Shown: positions 1 to 13,300 of the stretch, piece after piece
How positions within the stretch are numbered: position 1 is the stretch's first letter
Layout: every line of letters starts with the position of its first letter
Assembly: GCA_964658305.1 (NCBI GenBank)
Contig: OZ210885.1
Location: 22,196,001-22,260,000 of the forward strand
DNA: 64,000 nucleotides
Direction of reading: 5' to 3'
DNA from: Leptogorgia sarmentosa
Taxonomy: Eukaryota
Program-made: the position numbers and the translations under genes
The notes under the pieces: model-generated
What the model was told of the DNA's origin: nothing
The model's database searches: none
The model's input: the letters and a program-made list of their open reading frames with translations, nothing else

Positions 1-1854
1 GATAACATGAGTGAGGTTCCCACAAGGCAAACAGTTTGCATAGCATATGCGAGCCAAATACACAAGTCCCTTAGCGCAGTTGGAGTAAAAACATGCACAC
101 ATACATACACATATATATAAATTGTTAAACATGAGATACTTATTAGTACAACTTCAATTACCGGTATAATAAGTGATTTGCACTAAGGTTCATTTATAAA
201 CATTTCAGTAAACAGTTCATGTGCTCTCTGTTTAAATGCAGGCAGTTGCCTCGAGCTTTATATCTGATAAAGCACTCTTGCTCATGTTTTAGATAGTACA
301 TAAACCTGCTTTAATTTACAGAGACTTAGGGATACACATATAACATATAAACAACTTATACAGGAAGTACAGACAATCGTTGTAGCATAGATAACAGATA
401 TAGCCATTTAGCCTAATTCCAAAGTTACACCAAGATTAAGCTACCAGCATATGAATTTGTTTGGATTAATAGAAAAAGTAAAAGTGAAATAGTACAACCC
501 TTGCTTTAATTTAAAGGAAATCCATTTGGTCAGTGCGACGCTTGGTGGTGAGGTCAATAGTTGCAGGGAAAACCTATATAAGTGCTTATAAATCCTAAAC
601 AATTTGTGGCATTATTAATATTATTATTATCGTTACAATTACTATTACTATATCATAATTATTCTTACAATTAAATCATAACTGTTATCATTTCTATTAA
701 AAACATACAATTCATTAAAAATTATATAGTAGACTATTTATTAATTTAGCCTATTGTAAATTACCAGCATCAAGGTAGTGTATTAAGTATAAACCTAAAT
801 GTAAATTGTGCTGTAAATATGTATAATGAATCCTAGAAGGTCCAGTGGAAGTTAGCATTTGCTAAACTGGCATATTGTTGTATAATTAACCTTCTTTAAC
901 TAAAGATTTAATAATAAAAATAATAATAAAACAAATTGGCTTTGAGAGTATATTATTTCAGACAGGATGCCACTCACCAAAGCAAAGCAAGCGGCCATTC
1001 ATTGCATAAGTTTGTTTCATAAGGGCAATATAAAAAGAACTTTACCTGATCGTCTAGATATTTATTATCTCTTTTCTCTCCGCTTTACTTAAACAGGAGC
1101 TTGGATATTTTCACCTGAAATGTAAGGGATATTGTTATAAAATATATAGGCCTCGATCGCTTCGGTAAAATTCAGTAAACATTTTACACGCAAAACACTG
1201 AAATATAATCATAATCACCTCACTTTCGCTCTAATTCTGTAAAATGCCTGAATGAGATTATTATCCTCGTCTATACACGCCAAATAATAAAAAGGATGGT
1301 AAATTTCACAAGAGAATTCAATAGAAAAAATACGACAACCGAAAGCATAACAGCAACACTCATTTGCAAAATACGCGAACAAATCTGAACTTCCGATCTG
1401 GTATTGTTTAACCTGCGAGCGGGCACGAAGCAGCGGGTCAACCCTGCAGGTATAAAGCGCAGTGCAATGCACAGCTGAACCATAATAAATCCCCTTAAAC
1501 TTTGAATCAATGAGCCCTTGAATCTCAATGTTGATGAGACTATTGGACCTGACGACTTGGTATTAGTTTACAAATACGCTGCATCACAGAAATTGGCCCA
1601 TTGTGTTACCCTTTTTGCAACAGCTACATACCTGCACTGACTTTTTACAATATTGCAGGCAAGTTCACTCAGCTTAGTAAAAATCAAAAATATGAAACAC
1701 AAGTTGTTTTATTTTTTCAATATTGGCATTTTAGTGCAGAAATCATTGTTTTTCAAAGGTCACTCTTCAGTCAGATTATAACAATCCAGTATACAAATAA
1801 GATCAGAGCCTTTTAAAACCCCTAATTTCAGGACCTTAAATATAACGATTTTTT

Positions 1855-2014
1855 GGGTAGGGATAAAACACTGAAACTGAAACGCGGAAACGGAAACTGA
1901 AAGCGGAAACTGAAATAGGGATAAAACGCTGAAATGGGGATAAAACACTGAAATGGGGATAAAACGCTGGAATGGGGATAAAACGCTGGAATGGGGATAA
2001 AACGCTGAAATTTA
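1855..2014. repeat. Left TIR of the MULE with five internal copies of a 19-bp unit (GGGGATAAAACGCTGAAAT)
   Basis: Reverse complement of 8944-9065; 19-bp periodicity at 1921, 1940, 1959, 1978, 1997. Confidence 0.9.
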
Positions 2015-2219
2015 GTCGAATTCGTTGTTTGCTAGACCATTGCTAAACAGGCCGAACAGATTTAATTTGCCTCAAAACTGAATAAATACATATAACAAAC
2101 TTTCCGGATTAAGTCAAGAAAAGTGAAATCCAGACAACAGTCACTCAAATACCGTTCAATATTGTTAACTGTAAAAGATTGATCGGCATAATATTGCTGC
2201 AAACTGTTGGAAACATGCC

Positions 2220-2255
2220 GTACAGTACAGTACAGTACAGTACAGTACAGTACAG
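2220..2255. repeat. (TACAG)n microsatellite
   Basis: About 7 tandem TACAG units. Confidence 0.95.
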
Positions 2256-2472
2256 ACAATAAAGCTCACTTAGCTCAGCACTTTTTAACAAACTAGAACA
2301 AAATAACACCCAAAGGATCAAAGATGGGAATTTCTCAGCTCCTCGCATGCAAACGTTTAGTGATACCAAATAAAACAGGAAGAAGCTACCTTCTAGGTTA
2401 GGTGTCATTGAACAAACTAGAACGAATATATCAATATCAATGTCTACATAACAATATCGACATCATGCTATG

Positions 2473-5400
2473 TCAAATTTGAGCACCAAAGTCTCGTAAA
2501 TAGCGCTCATGTTCTGGTTTTAAATAATATCGAAGCCAACTTGGTATAGCTAAGCACGCAGGGTTGAAATATGGCTGCTTCAACTTCAGGCACCTCAAAT
2601 GTACATGGAAATAGGCATTTTGTTCTTTGTACATCAACTGTCCATCAGGCGTATTAGGTGGTCGAAAACCTCTATTCATGCGTGTAACGATGGTTAAGTC
2701 ATATGGTGGACTTGCAACATTCCCGCCTGGTTTCAGCGATTGGGAACATCCAAAGCATGAGCAAACCAAAGGAGGACAACACTGTAAAAGACTAACAACA
2801 AATGTTCCTACTGGAGGATTTACAGGAGTAGGTAATGGGACCTGTTGGGATCCTTGTGGGGTTGCTGTTGTTGGCGGAGGTGTACAGACTGGCTGTTGCG
2901 CTGACGTCATTTGATACGATGCTGGTAGAGTTGCTGATGCTGGTCGAGGTGTACAGACTGGCTGTTGCGCTGACGTCATTTGATACGATGCTGGTAGTGT
3001 TGCTGATGCTGGTCGAGGTGTACAGACTGGCTGTTGCGCTGACGTCATTTGATACGATGCTGGTAGAGTTGCTGATGCTGGTCGAGATGTACAGACTGCC
3101 TGTCGCGCTGACTCTCGTTGAGGTGTTTCTGACGTTTGCATAAACAAAGGACGATCTACTACGGATGAAACAGGTGTTCGCTTTGCTGTTCTTCCTCCCT
3201 TTCTTCTCGCCGTGGATCCTTTACCACCTTTTTTACCTGTCCCACTGCTGCTGTCTGATGTCATCAGCGCCGTCATGTTGATTTGGGCTGGACCTTTATT
3301 CAGTATCCATTCGATGTATTTGGCGATCATGCCACACTTTTCTGCAGCAGCCACCGCATGAGCGCAAATCTTTAACGCTTTCCAATTTGGACAATCTTGG
3401 CATGTCACTTTACCATTCTTCGCAATACTTACGTAATGAGGCCTTACCGATGTGTAACTTTCAACCATGTACGCCATGCCGTCGACTGATCCAGGTGCTT
3501 GCAAAATCGATCCATTTTTATTGAGCAACTCCTCTGCTTTATGAGATATAGAACGAAGAATCTCTGCAGGAGCGGATTGGATGCTGGATTCCACCAAATC
3601 CGTGGAGACACTAACTCGTTCTATCGTTGATGAGGGCAATTCAGGAATGACAGAACTGCAGTACCGATTATCATTCGTTGTTTCCGAGATTTGAGCATCG
3701 TGGAATTTTCTTAGATGTTTGTCGCGCTGATTTGCATTCATTTTGAACCAAGCACTCTGTTGCACTTCAAAGGATCGGAACTTTGACGCCAAGCGATACG
3801 GCCCCTTGTTTATTACTGCAGAATCTACATCTTCCTTCTGACGGAGAAGCAGCGTACTCATTTCATTGCAAAACTTACTCATCTCGCTCTCGTTGAAATT
3901 TACAGCATGTTTAATCATGGCGTTGGCAGACTCGGGCATGTTGTTGAAGTATGGTAAAGGAGGATCACCTAATCCGGCGTTGACACAAGTTTCTCTCGAC
4001 ATGCATGAGATGATCATTTCTGCCTATAGATATAAAAGTGGAGAATAGTTTATTCAGATCTTTCTCGTTGAAAATCGATATGCATTTTTTGGTGGCTTGA
4101 AGTGGAAACGACACCTGATGTACCGTTCCTTTAAATATTTTTCATAATTCTTGGCATAATTTCTATAGAAACATGCGGTATAAATTTCTGAGGATCTGCC
4201 ATTTTCAATATTCATGATTCGCATTATTTTATATGAAGGTCACGAGAAAACAAACACTATGAAAAACGAAACCTAATGCTGACGACTGCCATTTCAAAAC
4301 TAGTTGCAATCCATTGACCATCGATATTTTTATCAAAATGTCCCAGAAGTTTTTCTGGGCTTCTCCTGTTTATGAAGTCCAGAAAATCCTATTAAATTAA
4401 TTTGAATATGGCAGACGACTCGGGCCCATTGACGAATAAACATTCTTTTTAAATGAATAAACAGTTCTTGATTACCAATTATGTACCTTCAAAACAAAAA
4501 CAACAAACACAATGTGCTCGATAAGATCTTTTTCGCATACTGCTTTTAATTACTAACCCTTTCAGCTATGTAGTCGTAAAATGTAGCATTAGTGCCAGTT
4601 GGTAAATATTCTTGTTCCTTCGCTTTCCACGATTCTTTCACGCTCAATAATTTAGTCATAAAGTCGTCTGCGTTATTTGCATCTGCAAGATATGAAAGAA
4701 AGAAAAATGAACAAATGAGAAGAGCCGTGAAATGTTGCAGTTATGTTAAATGTGAAATGTCGCAGTTTGATCATAGGATACAAATATATCATACAGATAG
4801 TGTACTTGGTTAATTATACACAAAAACCCGAAGGGCAAAGTAAGACAGGTCCATTTTGGCAAAGAATGACGAACCTTTCTCCCATATCTCGCCAACCTGA
4901 CGTCCAAATATATCATAAAGGAATTCTTTTTGCACCTCTTCGGGAACATTAGATGAGCGTAGTTTCTCCTTACAATTATCACGGAAGTGATTGAAGCAAC
5001 GCAAATGCAAAGCGTATGGGAAGCTAAATTTCATCGCTTTAAATAGCTCTTCCTCGCCATCTGTACCAAATGCAAGGATTCCTCGAGTTCCTTTATTTAA
5101 ACTGACCATCTTGCTGAAAAACTGATTGTAGGAATCGAATGACTTGGTTTGACTTAACAACAGAGGACCAATCATTGTTGGATGTTTGCCAGTTGCTCTG
5201 TCAACCACCTTGAGATTGTGAAAAGTAGTAACTGTGACGTTGAACCGTCCAAGATTGAATGTAGGGTCGGCCCCAAACACTGGAATCTGCGCTGGATCTG
5301 TGCAGAATGTGGAGATGTCTTGAAGCTGCCAATCAAATCCAAGAATACATCGGAATTCTGGAGCGCCAGTTACTTCTCTGATAAATGATTGTTCATCCCG

Positions 5401-8325
5401 ATGAAGTTGTTGACGTTTGCATTGTTCCAAGAGAATCAACAACGAATCAATGTTATCGAAGTTTTTTGGTTTTGTGCTACCACGTCGGAGATATTTCGCT
5501 TGTCCTACATTCCTAGGAAGATCGCTGATTGAAGAGGCGTTCAATATGCCACCCTGATCCTTATGCACTTTATGGTATGCGTCTTTTGGAAATTTGGAAG
5601 TAGCTTCATTTCGCAGTTTTTCTACCGTGCTTTCCTTCGTTCTGATGTATGCAGGAGCGAGTCGCATATTGCAGTTGCCATGACTGGCTACTTCTACTGG
5701 ATGCTCATTCCCAGCAAATACATATTGTAAGAAAATCAAATTGGGAAATTCTACGAAAATATAAAACTGAAATTAGAAAAAATACAATATTTTGAGGTGA
5801 TGTAGACAACAAAAATATATAACGACAAAGTATACCATACCTACAAGGTATGACGCATACTTATTCAGATCATTAGATGATTTGTTTTTGTAGTATGTTC
5901 TCTTTAATGTGTACGTAGTTTCATCTGACGCCACTGCCTTGTCTTGTTTGATTAGAGAGATTTCTCCATTTCTAATGGAAAATCTGGTATACCCATTACC
6001 ATTATGTTTCCATGAACCCATGTCGTCACATTTCCAGTCGTTGGATAATTGAAGTAGCGTTGTATCGAGAAGAAAACAAACGTTATGTGATACAGATTTG
6101 GGTGGCTTTTTGCATAGCAGAGCTTCTTCAACTGGTTTTAAAAGGATTTTTAAGACGTCACTTGAGCTTGTATTTTCTGATCCCCACTGGTATACTGGCA
6201 CAAAATGATCACCTTCATAAGGATCTCCAGCATTCCTATAGGAACAGTAAATAAATTTATGTTGCCTATGACAAGTGAGATTTATGAAAAATCTGATACT
6301 CACAATGACTTTAACCTAATTATATGAAACTTATTAAAAGCATGCATGAATACGCAAAATGTATAAAAACCGTGCACATATATCGAGTAGTTACCTTCGT
6401 AAAACAGGTTCTCCTTCATTTCCACTATCATCTGTACTGTCACTGCTTTCTTGTTTCGTTATTGTGCGTAACCTACCAAGAATGAGTGAAAAAAATACAA
6501 TTGGGTACCAAAATACAACGTATGCGGCTAATGGCGGACAAATATAACTCACTTCTTTACAGGCGGATCGCGGCACTTAATTTCAGAATCCGAATTATCA
6601 TCAGAAGATACAATGATAAGCTGTAATAATGGATAGAAAATGAATAGGCAGACATAGAATAGAAATGACTTTAACGACTAGGTAATTTTTAATAAGTAAG
6701 TGTCTTTATTCAATTTGATAAAATATTATTAGTTACATTTAACGATAAGAACTTCATTTGGTGCTTTCACGAAATCAAAACCATATTTAACATTTGACGC
6801 CATGCAAATATACAAATATTAAATTAAATAATTCTTTACAACTTACATCTCTATTGTCTTCAGTTATATTCAAAAGAACAGGAGTCACAATGTCTGATTC
6901 AATATCCGAACAGTCATCAGAAGATAATATGATAACCTACAAAAAAAGTACAAATAGAAATGCACGGCATGCACGCATAAAAACGCGTCTCAGAAGACAT
7001 TTTCTTTAACAAAAATTAACATGTTTTGCAACTTGCTATAAACCTAGAAATAGATAGCGAGTATAGAGTATATAATTATATTATATCAGTTTATTTCAAA
7101 TAATTCAAGAGTTTTGATTGGTTAAGAGCAGTGCATTAAATCCTCATATACGTTATTATGACGTATATTGAAAATTATATGTGAGGACGAAAAAGGCCGA
7201 AACGGTTCCGTCTGTAGTTATTGGAATTTGAAACTTTGGATGACTTAACCTAACACTAAGAAAAGTAACATATTTATGAGCTTACATTCCTATTTTCGTC
7301 ATCTTCAATCGTATCGACAAAGTTTTGTGGAACTTCGTTTTTGATATCTTCAGTTTTCATACTAAAATGAATGGAATACAACAGCAAAATTGAAAAAACG
7401 GAACCAATTCATTGCGCAAATATACTGAGCTTGAATTTCAAGCAAAAATGCTCGTTTTTGGGCTCCTACGCTGTCAATATGGTATATATTTCTTACTTTC
7501 ACATTCAAACCCGCATGCATAAGAGCTAGCGCTAAACTGTATGAACAGACAATCAGCTTACTTTTCTTCCAGTGAAGAATTAAAAATTCATTACCAAATA
7601 ATTCAACTGACTTACTTCATGATGGCAAAAGACTGCATACTTCCAGTAGTGACTCCTGATTTCTTCAATCTTTTTAGAAGCCATTCGCGAATAAACTCTT
7701 GGCATTCAGAAAATATCGCCACACCAGTCTTTTCACCACAGGTCTTTTCAACAACGGGATGACTATCAACTAGAAAAACCTTTCCCGCAACACAACCAAT
7801 CAATAGCACGTACTTGCCACAAGTGTAAATGGCGACAGACATCTTAGAATCACCACTCTGTCTTTGCAAATTGAGCATCGCATTCATAAGCAACTCTTCC
7901 CCATTCGTGGAAAAGACACAACTTGACGAGATAATTTCCTCCGTCAGATCATATAACTTGTTCACAACACCAGCTTTTTGTAATATCTGACATGCTTCTT
8001 GGGCGTCGTACATTCGATCAGGATCTCTTAACATGTTGAAATATCGAGGAAAGTCATTGATAACCTGTTGTGCGGTCTCGATTATTTTGTCTTCCATAGG
8101 GTGTTGTGAAATGTGCGTCAACTCCGTATCCGATAAAAGCAAATGACCAAGAGTTACGGATATAAAAGCGCATGCATTGACGGCGTTGTTGTCAAATAAT
8201 TCTTCGTAGTCAAGCGGAAATCCAGCGGCAAAATCATGGTCAAGGCGCTCAAGTGCTGTGTTCTGACTTACTGATAAAGGAACAACCCGGCTTACATGCT
8301 TGGAATTTGTTTGCTCGAGCGACAT
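2473..8325 (-). CDS. Spliced MULE transposase, ~1322 aa: N-terminal papain-fold protease-like domain, SIM-like acidic motifs, DDE domain, SWIM finger, repeat linker, C-terminal Cys/His cluster
   Basis: Nine GT-AG exons join in frame: 8325-7616, 7361-7286, 6936-6847, 6620-6553, 6472-6395, 6235-5841, 5750-4875, 4682-4558, 4023-2473 (3969 nt). MULE motifs: DPTFNLG, GTDGE, LRCFNH, NNMPESAN. SWIM: CQDCPNWKALKICAH. Confidence 0.85.
2879..3100 (-). repeat. 69-bp coding tandem repeat, ~3 copies (QQPVCTPRPASATLPASYQMTSA)
   Basis: TGTACAGACT recurs at 2881, 2950, 3019, 3088. Confidence 0.95.
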
Positions 8326-8943
8326 CTCAGAAACTAATTAAAATCTTGAGCAGAACGTGTAGACTGTAGAACACAATGTGAAATGAAGTTGTGGACGTAC
8401 GGAATTTTCCCGTAGTTTTACTTCAAAAGTTGCAAAATTGGTTCTATATTGAATACTGTAATTTTGTTACTTTTTGCAGTACACTGGAAAATACCGCACG
8501 CGTTCGCACGCGTATTTAAATTATTCAATTAGCCATTTTTCTGAATCGAGCAGAAGACTGGGCCTAACTACTTGTTTTGGATATGCCGAATATGACATTT
8601 GGCAATGTCATATTCGGCAAACCTTTGGCAATACGAAATTTGCCGATAAAGCTTTTTCAAACTTCCTAAAGTTCTTTGTATTTAGCTCGTTCACTATTAC
8701 TTGTTGTGCATGTCATATTCTCTTATCTCTAGTCGTTCTGCATATATATGATTACATGTTTTGATTGTAAGGTGTCTATTTTTGCACAATAAGTTTTAAA
8801 ATTGAACAAAAACAAACGTATAGAACGTCTACAGCGCTCGCAGTTTATTTAACGCACAGGTTTATAACTGCTCAATCTTTACCGCGAGGTATAGTTAATT
8901 CAATTCAAACGACTATAAAAATAGTCGTTTGAATTGAATAAAT

Positions 8944-9065
8944 TAAATTTCAGCGTTTTATCCCCATTTCAGCGTTTTATCCCCATTTCAGCGTTTTATC
9001 ACTATTTCAGTTTCCGCTTTCAGTTTCCGTTTCCGCGTTTCAGTTTCAGCGTTTTATCCCTACCC
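8944..9065. repeat. Right TIR of the MULE with three internal 19-bp units
   Basis: Reverse complement of the left end. Confidence 0.9.
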
Positions 9066-9761
9066 CGATTTTTTACCAAAACGTGTGTAGGAGTTTCCCA
9101 GAGCATGTGCTTTTCTCAGAAGCGATCATTTGCTCATTACCTCGATCATTTGCTAAGTTCTGAAAAACTTTGATTTTCTTGCAGTATGGATCTTTTGTAA
9201 CCTTAAGGTTTTCAAATAAAATTGAAAAAATCATATGAAAGAATTTGCCCGATCAGACCGAAATTTCAGTATCATTTACATATAATCAAACTTCATACTG
9301 GGTCCAAATTTTGTTGCATTTGGATTAATTTTAGGGGTGAAAAGATATTGCAACATAAACTTTTCAAACTCATGAAAATGAGACGTGAGCCCAAGAAAGG
9401 TTCATAATATTCTTACTCGAAAATTTTGTGAAAATGAAATAAAGATAATAAGAGTTAGTGCTAGTGAAGATAATTCACTAAAATGCCTTAAGAGGCACAT
9501 AATTTATATTTTTAGCCAAAAAACGGGTTATTTTTAAGAATTTGAGATCTAAGCACTGCATATGGACCTTTAGTAACCTTTCTCCTACGTTTCAAATCAC
9601 AGTAACATTCCCTTTCGAAGAAATCTTCCAATTTTTCTAAGGATTGTAATATTCTAAAAATTCGTCAATTTCATAAAAGAAGAAACAATTTTGCGTGAAT
9701 TGTAGGCTAAATATTAGGATGGATAGAAAATGTTACAAAAGCACCATATTTTTCATCTGTA

Positions 9762-10110
9762 TAGAGAGCGAGAGAGAGAGAGCGCGAGAGAGAGCGCGAG
9801 AGAGAGTGAGAGAGAGAGCGAGGGAGATAGATAGACAACTTTATTTCAGAACGGTGGTTTCCTCAATTTACAAGAATTGCTTTTCAGGAAAGCCGTTACT
9901 AAGAGAATGAACCGGAACTAAAACTAAAACAACTATTTACATGATAATCTCCAAATTTTACAAACTATGTACAAACATGAACTCTAATATTATTTACAAT
10001 CTATTACAAAAACAAATCAAGTCATAAGGTTTCTGAAAATGTTCAAAGTTGGTGCAGATTTCACCGATGATGGCAAATTATTCCATAAAACTGGACCACT
10101 GTATGCAAGA
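9762..10110 (-). mobile_element. 3' fragment of a CR1/L2-type LINE ending in an (AG/CT)n microsatellite
   Basis: Minus strand 10110-10025 translates LAYSGPVLWNNLPSSVKSAPTLNIFR, similar to the ORF2 C-terminus at ~15900-15990. It is followed by AATAAA (reverse of 9840-9845) and an AG repeat at 9762-9833. Confidence 0.75.
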
Positions 10111-10140
10111 TATAATAAATCGAATGAAAATCCTTTATTA

Positions 10141-10266
10141 TGTTCTCACAAAAACCCAACGGAATATGAAAGTTTTAGTACAATAATATAACCCCCCGCC
10201 AAGCTCCCATATAAGGTCAAGTGTCTCGCGTGACTAATATCTATAAATATAACACAGTTCTTGACA
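10141..10266 (-). repeat. Putative 3' LTR (126 bp) with adjacent polypurine tract
   Basis: TG...CA bounded segment, preceded on the minus strand by GGGGAG (10272-10267) just after the pol stop. The outer boundary cannot be confirmed without a second LTR. Confidence 0.65.
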
Positions 10267-10303
10267 CTCCCCTAGTTTGATTCAACGAGCCGATCAAACT
10301 ATC

Positions 10304-13300
10304 TTAAATGTGTTCAAGACGTCTCAGTTCTCCCACAACGGCAGCATCACGCCTCACTCGGGTGTTCTGTCTGACGGGCCAATCATCTCGATTTTCTTGA
10401 AAGGTTGATCGTATTTCCAAGGGAATTAAATGCTGAATTACTCTTTTAAGCCTTGACGGTTTACCCTGTCCATTGATTGTTTTAACAATAGCTGCTCTAA
10501 TGGCTCCATCCCGGCTCGAAATGAATTCTTCAACTACTGCTAGTTGCCAGAAGTTACGAGCGGTCGAATCGGATCTCAGTAAAACGATGTCACCTTTGGA
10601 GATTGCAGTTGAGTTAGAAGAGTTTCTGGAATTCGTAGCTGAATTTTCGCGTAGATTTAAAAGATAGTCTCGACGCCATTGGTTAATGAACCTTTGCAGG
10701 ATGTTCCTTTGATGTTTGGCTCTTCTACTAAGCGTACTACTCGTGCTCACGATCTCGTAGTGGTGGTCGTTAGGCATTGCTGTAATCATCCTGCCGTTAA
10801 TCAAGTGCGAGGGAGTTAGAGCATAGGATACAGATTCTTCGTCGTCGTATACATACGTAATAGGTCTAGCATTAATAACACTCTCAACTTCTGTTAAAAT
10901 TGTAGCTAGTTCATCGTAAGTGACTATCGCGCGTCCGATGATCTTTTTAAGGCAAAGCTTCACAGTTTTTACTAGTCTCTCCCAGAATCCGCCCCACCAA
11001 GGACCCTTGTCCACGATGAATTTCCAACCTACGCGATTTTCGGTCGTGTAACGAGAGAATTCCTGCGATCGAATAATTTTCCTCAAATCCTTAGACGCTG
11101 ACTTAAATGTCCTTGCGTTGTCCGAGATAAAACTAGCCGGCAGTCCTCTACGGGCTACAAACCGTTGAATCGCGAGTAAAAACGTAGGCACATCAAGTCT
11201 ACGGGTAAGCTCCAAATGAACTGCCCTCGTGGCAGCACAAGTTAATAACAACACATAAACCTTGTTCAATTCGGCTCGAGACTCAGAACTTGTTTCCTTG
11301 CTAATGTCCTTTACGTGCAGAGGACCAGCAAAGTCTAATCCCGTATGAGAAAACGGTGGTGCGTCAGATATTCGAAATTCTGGTAGTTCAGGTGTGGCTG
11401 GTGGTCTGTAAGGAACGCCTTCAACCTTTTTGCAAATGACGCAATGACGCACAGACTTCTTTACAGCTTCTCGACCCCGAAGAATCCAGAATACTTCTCT
11501 TGTCGCTGCCAACGTATTTCTGATGCCACTGTGTTTCACTCGTTCATGTGCATCCCGTATGACCAATTCGGTAAACCAATGCTTTGGAGGAAGTAGCGCT
11601 GGAATCTTCGCAGTTAACGACAACGTCGCCTCGTTGATTTTTCCCCTGCATCGTAATATTTCTTGCCTGTCAAGAAATAGCCCGAATTGACGAACTAAGG
11701 GAGGTGTGGTATTCTCCTTTCGTATCTTCAAAAATTCGATTTCCTTGGCGAATGACCTTGATTGAACTGATTTCACCCATAAAGACTCCGCTGCCGACAC
11801 TTCCGCTGACGTTAATTCTCCAGTTAATCCTTCGAGTGCTGGAACCCTATTTCGATCTCTATTCCTGGCGTTCCTCCCAAATCGCAGCACATACGCCGTT
11901 ACTCGTACCAAACGATTAAGACTACTATAACGCTCGCAACTGATCACCTTCGAAATGTCCACTAGATTATCAACGTTGGCTGACGAAACTGGAAGAACAT
12001 GAACAATACTCGATTGATCCTTAACAAGTTCATCTGTAGCTGCAGCATCAATGGTTGATGTATTGGAACAAACAGGCCATTCGGATTCAGGTAGTAACAA
12101 AAAGTGGGGACCGTTCCACCATATCTGGGCTGTGGACAAATCTGGACCAGACATTCCTCGCGATGGTAAATCTGCTGGATTGGTTGTACCAGGGCAGTGC
12201 CTCCAAGCATCTCTGCTTGTCAAGCGTCTAATTTCCTCTACCCGGTGGCTGACGTATTGCTTCCACACTCGGTCATTCTTGATCCAACAGAGTACTGTCG
12301 TCGAATCGACCCAATAAAAAATGCGACCGTGTCCCAGAATCGATTCTCTCAGGGTGTCAACGAGTCGGGCTAAAATGACAGCGCCAAGTAGCTCAAGTCG
12401 CGGAATGGATTGCTTTTTTATGGGAGCGATTCTTGATTTAGAGGCAAGCAGTCGAACTTGAACGTTGCCGTTCTCGTACGATGATCTCGTGTACACTACC
12501 GCTGCGTAAGCTGTGTTGGATGCATCACTAAACGCGTGTATTTGAATCTCAGTTGGGTGTGATTGTGGATCAAAATAGCACCGTGGAATTCGAACTGTAT
12601 TCAAACATTCCAGCTCTCCAATTGCACGATTCCATTCATCGAGAATCTTTCCTTCGAGTGGATCGTCCCATCCCAGTCCTTCGACACATACGGCTTGAAA
12701 TAAGCACTTCAACCGAACAATGAATGGGCTCAAGAGACCCAACGGGTCAAATATTTTTGCAGTTACCTTGAGCAACGATCTTTTCGTAACAGGCAGAGCC
12801 CTGGCATATTCCACGATAGAAGACAAGTTAAAACACAACTCGTCAGTCTTACAGTTCCATTTTGTTCCGAGAACATTCACCACATCAACTTCCTTCTCTC
12901 CGTCATAGCTACCAAGGGTGGACTTTGTGTACGACTGATCTTCTTCGGTTATAGAGTTTGGTTTTATATCGTCCTTCGACTGTTGATTCATCTCATCGCC
13001 CGCCTCCGTGTGGTGTATACGATCGAGCAAGGACCTCGAATTCATGTGCCATTTCCGCAGATTGAAATTGCCCTCGGCTAAGATGCGCTTTGAAGATTGG
13101 TAGAGTTCAAATGCTTTCCATTCATTTTCACCACCACTTATCAAATCATCAACATACAGCGACTCTTCGATCCTCTTGATCAGCTCTGGATAGAGATCTG
13201 TGTAAGAATTAAGGTGATGAGCCAGTATGGAACCCAAAATCGCAGGAGAGGGGCGTAAGCCAAACACTAGCCTCGTGAACCTGAGGTGTAAAATCTCGCT

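Larger units (their letters stand above)
1855..9065 (-). mobile_element. Complete Mutator/MULE DNA transposon
   Basis: Ends GGGTAGGGATAAAAC...GTTTTATCCCTACCC are inverted repeats. An identical 9-bp TSD CGATTTTTT lies at 1846-1854 and 9066-9074. Internal MULE transposase motifs are present. Confidence 0.95.

Noticed and set aside
1045..1528. Possible minus-strand host exons and ORFs
   Set aside because: Splice-like signals are present but there is no recognisable domain or consistent frame.
1855..2014. CRISPR-like short repeat array
   Set aside because: Units are head to tail without unique spacers, form part of the MULE TIR, and there are no cas genes.
2627..3143. Plus-strand ORFs with repeated peptides
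   Set aside because: Antisense shadows of the 69-bp coding repeat in the MULE gene.
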